A program made the translations under genes and the position numbers. From Candidatus Poribacteria bacterium (lineage in GTDB: Bacteria > Poribacteria > WGA-4E > PCPOR2b), in the NCBI GenBank assembly GCA_965208675.1, contig OZ242351.1, forward strand, positions 1,248,001 to 1,312,000: DNA of 64,000 bases, written 5' to 3'. The notes beneath the pieces were generated by a model. The model did no database searches. It was given only the letters and a program-made list of their open reading frames with translations, and was not told the DNA's origin. Of the stretch, positions 49,325-58,430 are shown in pieces (position 1 is the stretch's first letter; each line of letters begins with the position of its first letter).

Positions 49325-50488
49325 TTAATCGTCAATTGTTAGTGTTTCAATGTTATTCAATGCTTGTTCTAAGAGCGAATCAGTTTCTAGATTTTTCTCT
49401 GCTTCCCTCACTGACTCAATTGAAGCGTTGGTCGCGGGATGATCGGGTACGAAAAGTGAGCAGCAATCGTCGTGCGGCAGCGTAGATATTTCAAACGTCT
49501 CTATCCGCTGAGCGAGGCGGATTATCTCCTCCTTGTCATCTCCGATGAGTGGGCGTAGGATCGGTAACTCAACTGCATCTTCGATGGCTCTGAGATTCCC
49601 AAGTGTTTGTGAAGCGACCTGTCCAAGGCTCTCCCCCGTGACTAAGGCATCCGCTTTCACAGCCTTTGCAATCCGCTGCGCAATCCGTGCCATGTACCGC
49701 CGGTAAAGAATTACCCGAAATGGGGCTGGGGTTTTAGTCACAATTTCGCGCTGAATGTCTGCAAACGGCACCAGATAAACAACTGTGCGATAATTCCAAA
49801 TCGCCAAAAACTGAGCGAGCGCCTTTACCTTTTCGAGTGAGGCTTTGTCCGTATAAGGATAACTGAAGAAGTGAATATGGCTGACTTTCGCACCGCGTCT
49901 CATCATTCGCCATGCCGCTATGGGCGAATCAATTCCCCCCGAGAGCATCACAAGCACCTTTCCGCTAACGCCGACCGGTAACCCGCCAATTCCCTGAATC
50001 TTCTCCGCACAGATATACGCGGCTTTTTCAACTACCTCAATATGACACAATAATTCCGGATCGCGCATGTTCGCACGTGCGCCGGTATGTTCTATCAGGT
50101 AACCCCCCACCGCAGCACTTATTTCTGGTGAAGTCATCGGAAAATCCTTGTTCGCACGCTTGGTTTCAACCTTAAGCGTCTTAAACGCCTTGTCCCGTAC
50201 CCACTCGAGCGCAGCAGTCTGGATTGCCTCAATGTTCTGTTCGGTGACACAAGCAAGCGCGTAATGGGCAATCCCCATGACTTTTCCCAACTTTTCCCGA
50301 ATCGCCGTAACGTCACTTTCTGGTTGGATTGTGACCAGTATCCGCCCGTATATGCGTTTTACATCCGCGCAACCCATACCCTTTAGTGAACGCCTGATGT
50401 TTTGAACCAGCTTATTTTCAAAGAAAGATCTGTTCTTCCCTTTTAGTCCGACTTCTCCGTAGTGAACAAGAAACACCCTATCCATCAT
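49325..50488 (-). CDS. thiI: tRNA 4-thiouridine(8) synthase (short form, no rhodanese domain)
   Basis: HYGE..LKGKNR..FE, THUMP domain, GGLPVG, LSGGIDS, TGESLGQVASQT and DDCC. Confidence 0.95.
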   Translation of the reverse strand: MMDRVFLVHYGEVGLKGKNRSFFENKLVQNIRRSLKGMGCADVKRIYGRILVTIQPESDVTAIREKLGKVMGIAHYALACVTEQNIEAIQTAALEWVRDKAFKTLKVETKRANKDFPMTSPEISAAVGGYLIEHTGARANMRDPELLCHIEVVEKAAYICAEKIQGIGGLPVGVSGKVLVMLSGGIDSPIAAWRMMRRGAKVSHIHFFSYPYTDKASLEKVKALAQFLAIWNYRTVVYLVPFADIQREIVTKTPAPFRVILYRRYMARIAQRIAKAVKADALVTGESLGQVASQTLGNLRAIEDAVELPILRPLIGDDKEEIIRLAQRIETFEISTLPHDDCCSLFVPDHPATNASIESVREAEKNLETDSLLEQALNNIETLTIDD

Positions 50489-50513
50489 TTACACCCTTTA
50501 TTTCCCGTCCCGC

Positions 50514-50567
50514 CGTAGGCAAGGCTCCTTACTCCACTACACACCGTAGGCGGGGCATCCTGCCACG
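50514..50567 (+). repeat. Two CCGTAGGC-headed REP-like palindromes
   Basis: CCGTAGGC at about 50513 and 50544, each followed by an imperfect GC-rich hairpin, in the rtcA-thiI gap. Confidence 0.45.
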
Positions 50568-50573
50568 ATACTC

Positions 50574-51620
50574 TCATAGTGGGCGCGTCATAACCCTACC
50601 CCGCTCTCCCTCTGTACCCTCGATTTCAAATCGATCGGGCAAAAACTGCTGAACCAACCAAATATTCGTCGTGACATGCCGCGAAATTTGCGAAGTGGTA
50701 AAACAAGTTTCACCCGCGGAAAGCGCCATGGGTAAGATGAGTTGATCCGAAAGGTGCCCGTCAATCGCCGCTCCCGATTCCAAGTAATCAATCAGAGCCA
50801 GACAGGCTTCATCGGCGACCTGTTCGGCAGGTTTGCCGCGTTGCCCCAGTGCGGAAAATCCAGCTTGCGCATGCTCAAATTCCGCATTTAGAAAAACTAG
50901 CGTTCCCTGGCCGATTGATTTTCCCTCTACCAGGTCAATAGAAATACGCCGGGCGAATGGCGCTAAGCGTGCCATACACCGATCCCGCTGGCGGATCGCA
51001 ATGCGCCTCGGAAGACTAGAAACGGCGGATATTCCCCGTATTGATTTCAACGCGCCCCGCTCACTCAGTTTTACGCCGTTCCAGTTGGAGACAGGTTGAA
51101 CGTGTCCAGTTGCTTCTCCTCCCCCTTTTGGATACCAGCCCCACCGTTTCAACCTCAAGGAGCCTTGAAATCCAAACTTCGCCAGCGTAGGTATGAAAAT
51201 CGTCTGAACGTAATGAGTGTTTGGACTGTAAGGTACATGCGTCCCACCGCGCAGCGTCACGGTTGACGGTGCATCAGCGTATGTAAGCGGAAGGGCAATG
51301 GACTGAAAGACCAGCGATAGCGCCCCGGCGCTTGGACGGACATCAGCCACATTAAAGCTGTAGTTGCCTGCGCGAATCCGCTGCGGAACAAAGGTTAATG
51401 TTTGCGAACCAAGCGTATCGCCAGCCACTTCGGCGTTTGTGATTGCCGTCACCGCATTGACCGTGGTGAGATGTTGTGCCGCCAGACCCGGTTTTTTGCG
51501 TCTCGAACGGATTTTCGTCAAACGGATGGGCTGTCCGAGAATCGCCGACAAACTCAGGCTCGATCGCAAAATCTGTCCGCCGCCTTCGCCGTAATCGCCA
51601 TCAATTTCGAGAAATCTCAT
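50574..51620 (-). CDS. rtcA: RNA 3'-terminal phosphate cyclase
   Basis: IDG..GEGGGQILR, R.KPGLAAQH, GGTHV..SP, G.YPKGGG and D.HL.DQL. Confidence 0.95.
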   Translation of the reverse strand: MRFLEIDGDYGEGGGQILRSSLSLSAILGQPIRLTKIRSRRKKPGLAAQHLTTVNAVTAITNAEVAGDTLGSQTLTFVPQRIRAGNYSFNVADVRPSAGALSLVFQSIALPLTYADAPSTVTLRGGTHVPYSPNTHYVQTIFIPTLAKFGFQGSLRLKRWGWYPKGGGEATGHVQPVSNWNGVKLSERGALKSIRGISAVSSLPRRIAIRQRDRCMARLAPFARRISIDLVEGKSIGQGTLVFLNAEFEHAQAGFSALGQRGKPAEQVADEACLALIDYLESGAAIDGHLSDQLILPMALSAGETCFTTSQISRHVTTNIWLVQQFLPDRFEIEGTEGERGRVMTRPL

Positions 51621-54286
51621 GAAGAATTGCCGATAATGTCCTGATGCCCCAGCGCTTCTGCCAGTGTATGCTTAATTGCTGCAATCCGATCGGGCGATGT
51701 AGTTTTTGTTCCATCTTCCTCCGTAACGTAGAACGAATCGATTGCAGTAAATGCTCTAGTCGTAACCTTAGCCAAGCGAATGCCCAAACCTAGTTTATAA
51801 AATACATTTGAAATCGTGTAAAGTAAGCCGAGCCGATCCGGCACACGAATATCGACAATGATGGCATAATCCGAGCTCGTACTGTCAATCCGAATTTCTG
51901 AAGGGCTGCTGCGGCGCTGCAGATGCGCCGGAAAACTGGAATCACCCCGCTCTTTAAGCAGTGCTTCTACAGCTTTCTCTCCTCTCCAAACGGTTCTTAA
52001 AGTTTCCGCAAATTGATTACACTGATTTAAAGAAATCCCTCGCAGAGAGATGTCTCTCATAGCATCATCAGAACGCCCAACCGCTACATTGAGCATATCA
52101 ATAACAATCCCATCTTTTCGTGTGTTGACCACAGCGCTCAAGATGCTTATATCTTCGGCTGCGAGAACGCCAGTAATTCCCCGAAATATGCCTCGGGCAT
52201 CACGCGTGCAAATTCCGATTTGCGTGTAGGTTTCCATTTCTTCAAAACAGGAAACTGGAACCGGATTTGATTTCAATTGGTCAACCAACTGAATCTGTTT
52301 GCCTATTGAATCCAGATTCTGCGAAATTAACTCCTGCTCGGGCATCATCTTAAAGTGTTCCACAATGTCGGCCTCACTGACGGTTCCGCCGATAAACCGC
52401 ATGACCTGATCCTTCAAATCATCCAACTTTAACGAATCTTGTTTGCCTTCCAAATGTTTCAAAGTCCGCGTATATAACTTTGACAGCAGCGTCGAATTCC
52501 ATTCGTTCCAGATGGACGGATTCACTGCTCGCATGTCGGCAAACGTCAGGAGGTAAAGCATCTTCAAATGCTCTTCATCTCCCACCAATCCAGCAAATCG
52601 TTCAATCTCTGTCGGATCGTCCACATCGCGCTGTTGTGCTGTGTAGCTCATTTCTCGATGCCGAAAAATCAGAAACAACACCATCTCTTGGTCAACATCG
52701 TTGAGCCCCAACCGGTTCAGTGCACCCTTTGCCATCTCAACACTGCGGACATCGTGTCCTCCTATTGGACCATCAACCCCTTTTCCTACATCGTGCAATA
52801 AGAGCGCCAACCGTAACAATGCCGGTTTCTTCAACCCGTTCAAAATATCCAGCAAGGCATTTCCACCCTTTAAGTCCCTCAACACGCCTTCATCAAGATT
52901 TTCAATTGCATACATCGTGTGCTCATCCACAGTATATTGATGATACCGATCAAATCGAATCAGCGACCGAACCTTTCCAAACTCAGGCAGGTAAGAATCC
53001 AACACTTGCCAGCGGTGCATCCGGCGCAGCACCTCGGCAACAGCTGTCGGATAACTTAGAATTGAAAGGAAACACTTTGCGTTTTCCAATAGACGGCGAA
53101 ACTCCTCATCAATGAGATTTAGGTTGGCTGCAATCTGTTGACGAATAACGGCGCTAATTCGCCGATTGAATTGTTGACGATGTACAAACACCTTCATCAT
53201 TCGACTCGGGTCGTTCGAAAAATCCGATTGACCGGGCTGGAAACCTATCTCGTTACGCACGATGGCAAATCCGTCAGGTAGCCGTTTCGTCAGCATACGA
53301 TTCATTAGCCGAAATAGCTTGGATTCGTTATATTTCACCCGGTCTATAATCAACTTTGCAAATTCAAACAGGTGCTCAGCATGAAGATAGTAATCTCGCA
53401 TAAGATCTTCTTCAGCTAGTGTGTGATCTTTATCCTTGTAGCCCAAATTTTTTGCGACGGTTTCTTGGACCTCAAACGTCAGTTGATCGTTCCTTCTCTG
53501 ATTGACGTAATGGAGCTCATTGCGCAATCGCCAAAGAAAATCGAGCGAATTTTCACACGCATCTGATTCCGTCTGGAGAATCATGCCCCGGTTGGCGAGA
53601 CCCGGTAAATCTTTAATCCCATATCGAACAGCCGCAATCCAAATAGCTGTGTGAAAATCTCTAAGTCCGCCGACACTCTCCTTAATATTTGGTTCTTGTA
53701 GATAAATCGAGGCGCCGTAAGATTCATGGCGTTTGTTCCATTCCTGGATTTTCTGCGCGATAAACTTTCCAACCCGCCTCTTAAAAAAATGCTTTGATGT
53801 GTGAACCTGAAATTTACGGTAAATCGGCCTTGACCCTACGATATAGCGCGCATCCAGCATTGATGTCTTTGAAAAAATGTCCTCGTACGTTGCACGGATA
53901 CACTCTTTAATAGATCGGCAGCTATGTCCAACCTCAAATCCCGCATCCCATAGTACCGTAATCAACTGGGACGCAAACGGTTGTATTTCCTTAGCGTTCA
54001 TACGCGAGGCATCATATACCAACATTATGTCAATATCTGAATATGGATTCAATTCTTCTCGTCCATACCCTCCCAATGCAAGAATCGCAAGGTAAGGTTC
54101 TTCAGGTAAAATTTTACTTTGAGTTGCCGCATGATAGATGCGTTGGATTACGTTATCGGTGAGCCGCGTGTATTCCTCGACAATCTCTTTGCCGCCGATC
54201 CCAAAACGATGGCGTGAGTAGATACGTTCGCGCTCTTTAGCGCAAAAATCCTTCAAATCTTCAACATGAGCACGATCCTGTTGCAT
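51617..54286 (-). CDS. glnD: [Protein-PII] uridylyltransferase/uridylyl-removing enzyme
   Basis: ALGGYGREEL.PYSDID, EPNIKES.GGLRD, YHQYTVDEH, LLHDVGKG and two ACT domains (DRLGLL). Confidence 0.95.
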   Translation of the reverse strand: MQQDRAHVEDLKDFCAKERERIYSRHRFGIGGKEIVEEYTRLTDNVIQRIYHAATQSKILPEEPYLAILALGGYGREELNPYSDIDIMLVYDASRMNAKEIQPFASQLITVLWDAGFEVGHSCRSIKECIRATYEDIFSKTSMLDARYIVGSRPIYRKFQVHTSKHFFKRRVGKFIAQKIQEWNKRHESYGASIYLQEPNIKESVGGLRDFHTAIWIAAVRYGIKDLPGLANRGMILQTESDACENSLDFLWRLRNELHYVNQRRNDQLTFEVQETVAKNLGYKDKDHTLAEEDLMRDYYLHAEHLFEFAKLIIDRVKYNESKLFRLMNRMLTKRLPDGFAIVRNEIGFQPGQSDFSNDPSRMMKVFVHRQQFNRRISAVIRQQIAANLNLIDEEFRRLLENAKCFLSILSYPTAVAEVLRRMHRWQVLDSYLPEFGKVRSLIRFDRYHQYTVDEHTMYAIENLDEGVLRDLKGGNALLDILNGLKKPALLRLALLLHDVGKGVDGPIGGHDVRSVEMAKGALNRLGLNDVDQEMVLFLIFRHREMSYTAQQRDVDDPTEIERFAGLVGDEEHLKMLYLLTFADMRAVNPSIWNEWNSTLLSKLYTRTLKHLEGKQDSLKLDDLKDQVMRFIGGTVSEADIVEHFKMMPEQELISQNLDSIGKQIQLVDQLKSNPVPVSCFEEMETYTQIGICTRDARGIFRGITGVLAAEDISILSAVVNTRKDGIVIDMLNVAVGRSDDAMRDISLRGISLNQCNQFAETLRTVWRGEKAVEALLKERGDSSFPAHLQRRSSPSEIRIDSTSSDYAIIVDIRVPDRLGLLYTISNVFYKLGLGIRLAKVTTRAFTAIDSFYVTEEDGTKTTSPDRIAAIKHTLAEALGHQDIIGNSS

Positions 54287-54372
54287 TTACTTTCTCCAAT
54301 TGATATTATCCAAGTGTGTGGCAACAACGTCCGTGGGAGAGGCTCACTAACCGCAATGCCCCGACGCGCAAG

Positions 54373-55728
54373 CTACCAACCAAATAAAATAAGGATAAAC
54401 ATGAGGACTGGCAATAAAACAAATAGAATCTTTACTTCGACCAAATATCTCTGATAGCGTAATGAACCTGAATCTTTTTCCTCAAACCGGTCAATTAACT
54501 CAATGCGCCGATGGATCGAAGGATGTGTGTGGAAAATTTCGAAAACTCGTTGAATCGAATACGGAACAAAATTTAAGCGAGAGAGCCGGTTGAGCGCGGA
54601 TTTGAATGCCTCTGGGTTGCCGGTAAGCGCCACTGCATAAAGATCCGCTTGGTGTTCAAATCGTCTCGAAAGGTAACCAAATAAGAGGACAAAGTAAAGA
54701 AAAAGGAAGACGATTGCCTCGATTGATGTCAGGATGGCGGATTCAGGTAAGAGCGACAAAATCGGTCCGCCAACGTAGATAGAAAAGATTGCATATCCGA
54801 GAAAATATGTCATCGAAAAGATGAAATAGGTTGGGATATGATTGTAACGAACATGCCCAAACTCATGCGCAACAATGGTTTCAATCTCTTCATCGGAAAA
54901 ATAGGTCAATAACGCATCGGTCAAGAAAATTTGGCGCCACCATCGGACGATTCCAGCGACTGCCGCATTCGCAATGGACAATGACCCTGTTTGCCAAACA
55001 ACTATCTTTTTGTACCTGATTTTACCCTGTACCGCGAGACGGTCGATCTTTTCTTTTAAGCTCATGTCAGCTAGCGGGGACATTTTACCGATTCGGCTCA
55101 CCAATAGCGGCGCGTAGATGTACATAAGCAGAACAAGAAGCGCCATAAGGGCTAAAAATAGATAGGTATGTTCGACAAAGAATCGCTCCGTTTCCGGGAA
55201 GCCGTCAATCAAATCAAGCAGTATAAAATAGATCAATAAAGGCAGCAGCGGAAATATCAAGAATTTAAAGTGGACGTTTAGAAACTCAAACCTTTTCGCT
55301 GTACTGCGGCGCGCGCTACGGTCAATCTCATAAAGTGCTAGACGAATAAGCATCAACCCGGTGATAAGGGGAAGAATCGAGAAGGCATGGCGAATGAGGG
55401 GCAAATTGACGAAGTGTAAGGTTTGATGGACGAGAACCGGAAAATTCAAGATGTAAATGTTACAGACAAAACCGGCGAGGCCCAAAAGGTCGAATCCAAT
55501 CGCCGCCTGACCAATGCGAAAACGTCGGTGCAAAAAATCAGCTGAATTGCTAGCAAAAGTTTTAGTGGTATACCTTCCAAGTAAATATAAAATAACAGAT
55601 GGCGTAACGGTCGCCGCTGCGGTAAACAGGAGAATAAGGCTGCGATAAATCTCACTGTCATTTTTTGTAGGTTCGAAGGAGAATAGAAAGATAAATCCAG
55701 CGATTAGAATAAGGCTAATCTGCCTCAC
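54373..55728 (-). CDS. M48 (Ste24/HtpX-like) membrane zinc metallopeptidase
   Basis: Multi-TM; NAA..G, AHEFGH, SRRFEHQAD and HTHPS...RI. Confidence 0.9.
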   Translation of the reverse strand: MRQISLILIAGFIFLFSFEPTKNDSEIYRSLILLFTAAATVTPSVILYLLGRYTTKTFASNSADFLHRRFRIGQAAIGFDLLGLAGFVCNIYILNFPVLVHQTLHFVNLPLIRHAFSILPLITGLMLIRLALYEIDRSARRSTAKRFEFLNVHFKFLIFPLLPLLIYFILLDLIDGFPETERFFVEHTYLFLALMALLVLLMYIYAPLLVSRIGKMSPLADMSLKEKIDRLAVQGKIRYKKIVVWQTGSLSIANAAVAGIVRWWRQIFLTDALLTYFSDEEIETIVAHEFGHVRYNHIPTYFIFSMTYFLGYAIFSIYVGGPILSLLPESAILTSIEAIVFLFLYFVLLFGYLSRRFEHQADLYAVALTGNPEAFKSALNRLSRLNFVPYSIQRVFEIFHTHPSIHRRIELIDRFEEKDSGSLRYQRYLVEVKILFVLLPVLMFILILFGW

Positions 55729-55836
55729 TTTGTATCCCTTCCAACTTGCGCATTCTCTTCTTGTCTGTGTAAATACATTTCGGCGTAACCGGCGAAATTT
55801 TTGGGCGGAGAGATTTGAATCGCCGAACGGCTGGAA

Positions 55837-56148
55837 TTAAATACTCATCTGTATCTCTTTGGATTTTGCCATCGCTTCCTCCGCTTCGGGAATCATGCCC
55901 TTGCGTTGATAACAGACGGATAAACTCGTGTAATTCAAAGGATCATTCGGATTAACTTCGATCGATTTCTTAATCGCTTCAATCGCATCGTCGTACCTAC
56001 CCATTCGCTCATAAGTGTGTCCGAGGCCAACGTACCCATCCGCATAATCCGGGTACTGATTGATGAGTTCATTGAACGCGTCAATAGCCGCGTCGAGTTC
56101 GTTATTACCAAAATGGGATAGCGCTCGGTCGTAAAGTTCCTCTTTCAA
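55837..56148 (-). CDS. Small tetratricopeptide-repeat protein
   Basis: Two to three TPR units; RBS AGGAG and a TTG start. Confidence 0.85.
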   Translation of the reverse strand: MKEELYDRALSHFGNNELDAAIDAFNELINQYPDYADGYVGLGHTYERMGRYDDAIEAIKKSIEVNPNDPLNYTSLSVCYQRKGMIPEAEEAMAKSKEIQMSI

Positions 56149-56343
56149 CAGAAATCTCCTCTCTTTTCCTATTTATAATGGTCATCTAGGTAGCATGTGA
56201 ACACTCGAAACGCTTTACGCTTGCGAACCTGCCAAGCGCAATGTTATCAGAGGCGAAGGGCTTCTAGATTCTACTTCAGCAGCGCAGGATTTCATTCGGG
56301 AGAAGTGTGTCGTATCGTTCGGTAGACCACGTAAATCCATCTT

Positions 56344-56374
56344 GAAATCGAGTTTTTCACAAAAACTCGATTTC
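56344..56374. repeat. Perfect 14-bp inverted repeat
   Basis: GAAATCGAGTTTTT-cac-AAAAACTCGATTTC. Confidence 0.85.
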
Positions 56375-56425
56375 TTTAACGGTGCAGCATGGAAAATCAA
56401 TATTTGAGTTGATTTTATCACGGCT

Positions 56426-56506
56426 ATTCTAACAGAAGCCTAGCGTAAAAGTCAACGCCAAAACCTGCCGATTTCGTTTGACTGTCTACCGTGTGATTGG
56501 TATAAT
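56426..56506. promoter_or_regulatory. Divergent sigma70 promoters
   Basis: Minus strand TTGACT-18-TAGAAT (56455 to 56426); plus strand TTGACT-17-TATAAT (56478-56506). Confidence 0.65.
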
Positions 56507-56520
56507 TATGTCGATCCAAA

Positions 56521-57075
56521 ATGGGCGCATTCTATATGATCTCGATTGTACGATATTCGATAACATCCGGTGTTGTCTTTCTAATTGTCATGACCTACTG
56601 TGGTTGCGGAACGTCCAATCCAGTTGCAATCATTGAGACCGACAAAGGGAATATTGCTGTCGAACTTCTCAATGACGCAGCACCCCAAACGGTCGAAAAC
56701 TTTATAATCCTCATTCAGCAGGGGTTCTATGATGGACTCACATTTCATCGGCATGAACCCGGGTTTGTGATACAAGGAGGCGATCCGAAGGGTGATGGGA
56801 CGGGCGGCCCGCCGTGGAAAATCCCCGGAGAGTTTCAAATCCCTGAACTTCGTGAGAAAATGCCCAGGCACGACAAGGGTGTCGTCGCAATGGCGAGAAC
56901 CGCCAATCCCGATTCCGCCGGAAGCCAGTTCTACATCTGCCTGAATCCAGATCCCAATCGCTATCGTCACCTTGAAGGCAAATACACAACTTTTGGACGT
57001 GTAATTGAAGGTTTGGAGGTAGTTGTTCTGCTGCGGAAGGGAGATAAGATGAATCGCATAAAACTGAAGCGTTAG
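56521..57075 (+). CDS. Cyclophilin-type peptidyl-prolyl cis-trans isomerase, probably exported
   Basis: AP.TVENF, GFYDGLTFHR, FVIQGGDP, AMAR...PDSAGSQFYI and YT.FG.V. Confidence 0.93.
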   Translation: MGAFYMISIVRYSITSGVVFLIVMTYCGCGTSNPVAIIETDKGNIAVELLNDAAPQTVENFIILIQQGFYDGLTFHRHEPGFVIQGGDPKGDGTGGPPWKIPGEFQIPELREKMPRHDKGVVAMARTANPDSAGSQFYICLNPDPNRYRHLEGKYTTFGRVIEGLEVVVLLRKGDKMNRIKLKR

Positions 57076-57208
57076 CACGCCAATTTAACCTACGGCATGA
57101 GATGTCGTTCGAAATTAAATGTTGTGCGCCCTAATCGCGGGCCGCAAAAATTTAGGGTTAGCTATTCCTAACGTTCAATACCTGCTTTAGAAAGGACTCT
57201 AATTTCGC

Positions 57209-58270
57209 ATGGAAGATTGGAAACAACTGGTGCGGAATGCCGTCAATACGCCCGAAAAACTTGCCGCTATCTTTGATGTTGACCTTGAAGAAATGCGACG
57301 GGTTCACGAAGTGTTCCCAATTCGCATCAATCCCTACTATCTGAGTCTGATTGAGAAACCCGGTGACCCAATCTGGAAGCAGGTTGTGCCCGATTCGAAG
57401 GAACTCATCAGAACGGGCGTTGAAGAGGATGACCCTCTCCATGAAGAGGACGATAGTGAAGTCCCCAACGTTACCCATCGATATCCGGACCGCGCCCTGT
57501 TTTATGTCAACTACATGTGTCCAATCTACTGCCGCTTTTGTACACGGAAACGCAAGGTTGGTGACCCAGGATCCATTCCTGATGGAAGTATTGAGATGGG
57601 CTTGCAGTATCTCCGCGAACATACCGAGGTGCGCGATGTGATTATATCCGGCGGCGATCCGCTCATGTTGACTGATCGCAAAATCGAATACGTCGTGGGT
57701 GGACTTCGAGCTATCGAACACATTGAGATAATTCGTATCGGCACCCGAGTGCCGGTGACATTACCGCAGCGCATCACGCCCAAACTATGCGAGATCCTCA
57801 AAAAACACCATCCCTTCTACATCAACACACACTTTAACCACCCTCGTGAAATCACGCCAGAAACCACGGAAGCGTGCGCAAGGTTAGCCGATGCCGGAAT
57901 ACCGCTCGGCAATCAGTGCGTGCTGCTGCGGGGCGTCAACGACGATCCGGCAGTCATGGTCGAGCTGATGAAGAAACTCCTCAAAATCCGTGTGAAGCCT
58001 TACTATATCTATCAGGCGGATCTCGTGTATGGCACCGATCACTTCCGTACATCTGTTAAAAAGGGGCTTGAGATTGTCGCCGCCTTACGCGGTCATATCT
58101 CTGGGTTAGGTGTGCCGCATTATGTCATTGATGCACCCGGCGGCGGCGGAAAAATTGCGCTTGTTCCCAATTCAATTGTGTCGTTCGACGATGAAGAAAT
58201 CAAACTCAGGAACTACGAAGGCAACGTATATGGTTACCCAAGTATGCCGTTCTACGACGAGGACTGGTAA
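57209..58270 (+). CDS. KamA-family radical SAM aminomutase (lysine 2,3-aminomutase-like)
   Basis: HRYPDR, CPIYCRFCTRKR, SGGDPL, HFNHP.E, VLLRGVND and DAPGGGGK. Confidence 0.92.
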   Translation: MEDWKQLVRNAVNTPEKLAAIFDVDLEEMRRVHEVFPIRINPYYLSLIEKPGDPIWKQVVPDSKELIRTGVEEDDPLHEEDDSEVPNVTHRYPDRALFYVNYMCPIYCRFCTRKRKVGDPGSIPDGSIEMGLQYLREHTEVRDVIISGGDPLMLTDRKIEYVVGGLRAIEHIEIIRIGTRVPVTLPQRITPKLCEILKKHHPFYINTHFNHPREITPETTEACARLADAGIPLGNQCVLLRGVNDDPAVMVELMKKLLKIRVKPYYIYQADLVYGTDHFRTSVKKGLEIVAALRGHISGLGVPHYVIDAPGGGGKIALVPNSIVSFDDEEIKLRNYEGNVYGYPSMPFYDEDW

Positions 58271-58430
58271 AGCCTTATCCACAACTAACGCACATAAGCA
58301 ATGAAGGGCATGGGAGAGATTCACCACGAAAAGAAATCATACAGTTACTGTCCGAACACCAGCATGGCGGCAATGCTCGTACTCATATCGGTTTTGTGTG
58401 GATACGTGATGACTTTAGGAGTAGACTGTC

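Noticed and set aside
56215-56421. 68-aa minus-strand ORF upstream of the TPR gene
   Set aside because: It has no RBS or recognisable motif and starts at the predicted transcription start region; more likely untranslated leader.
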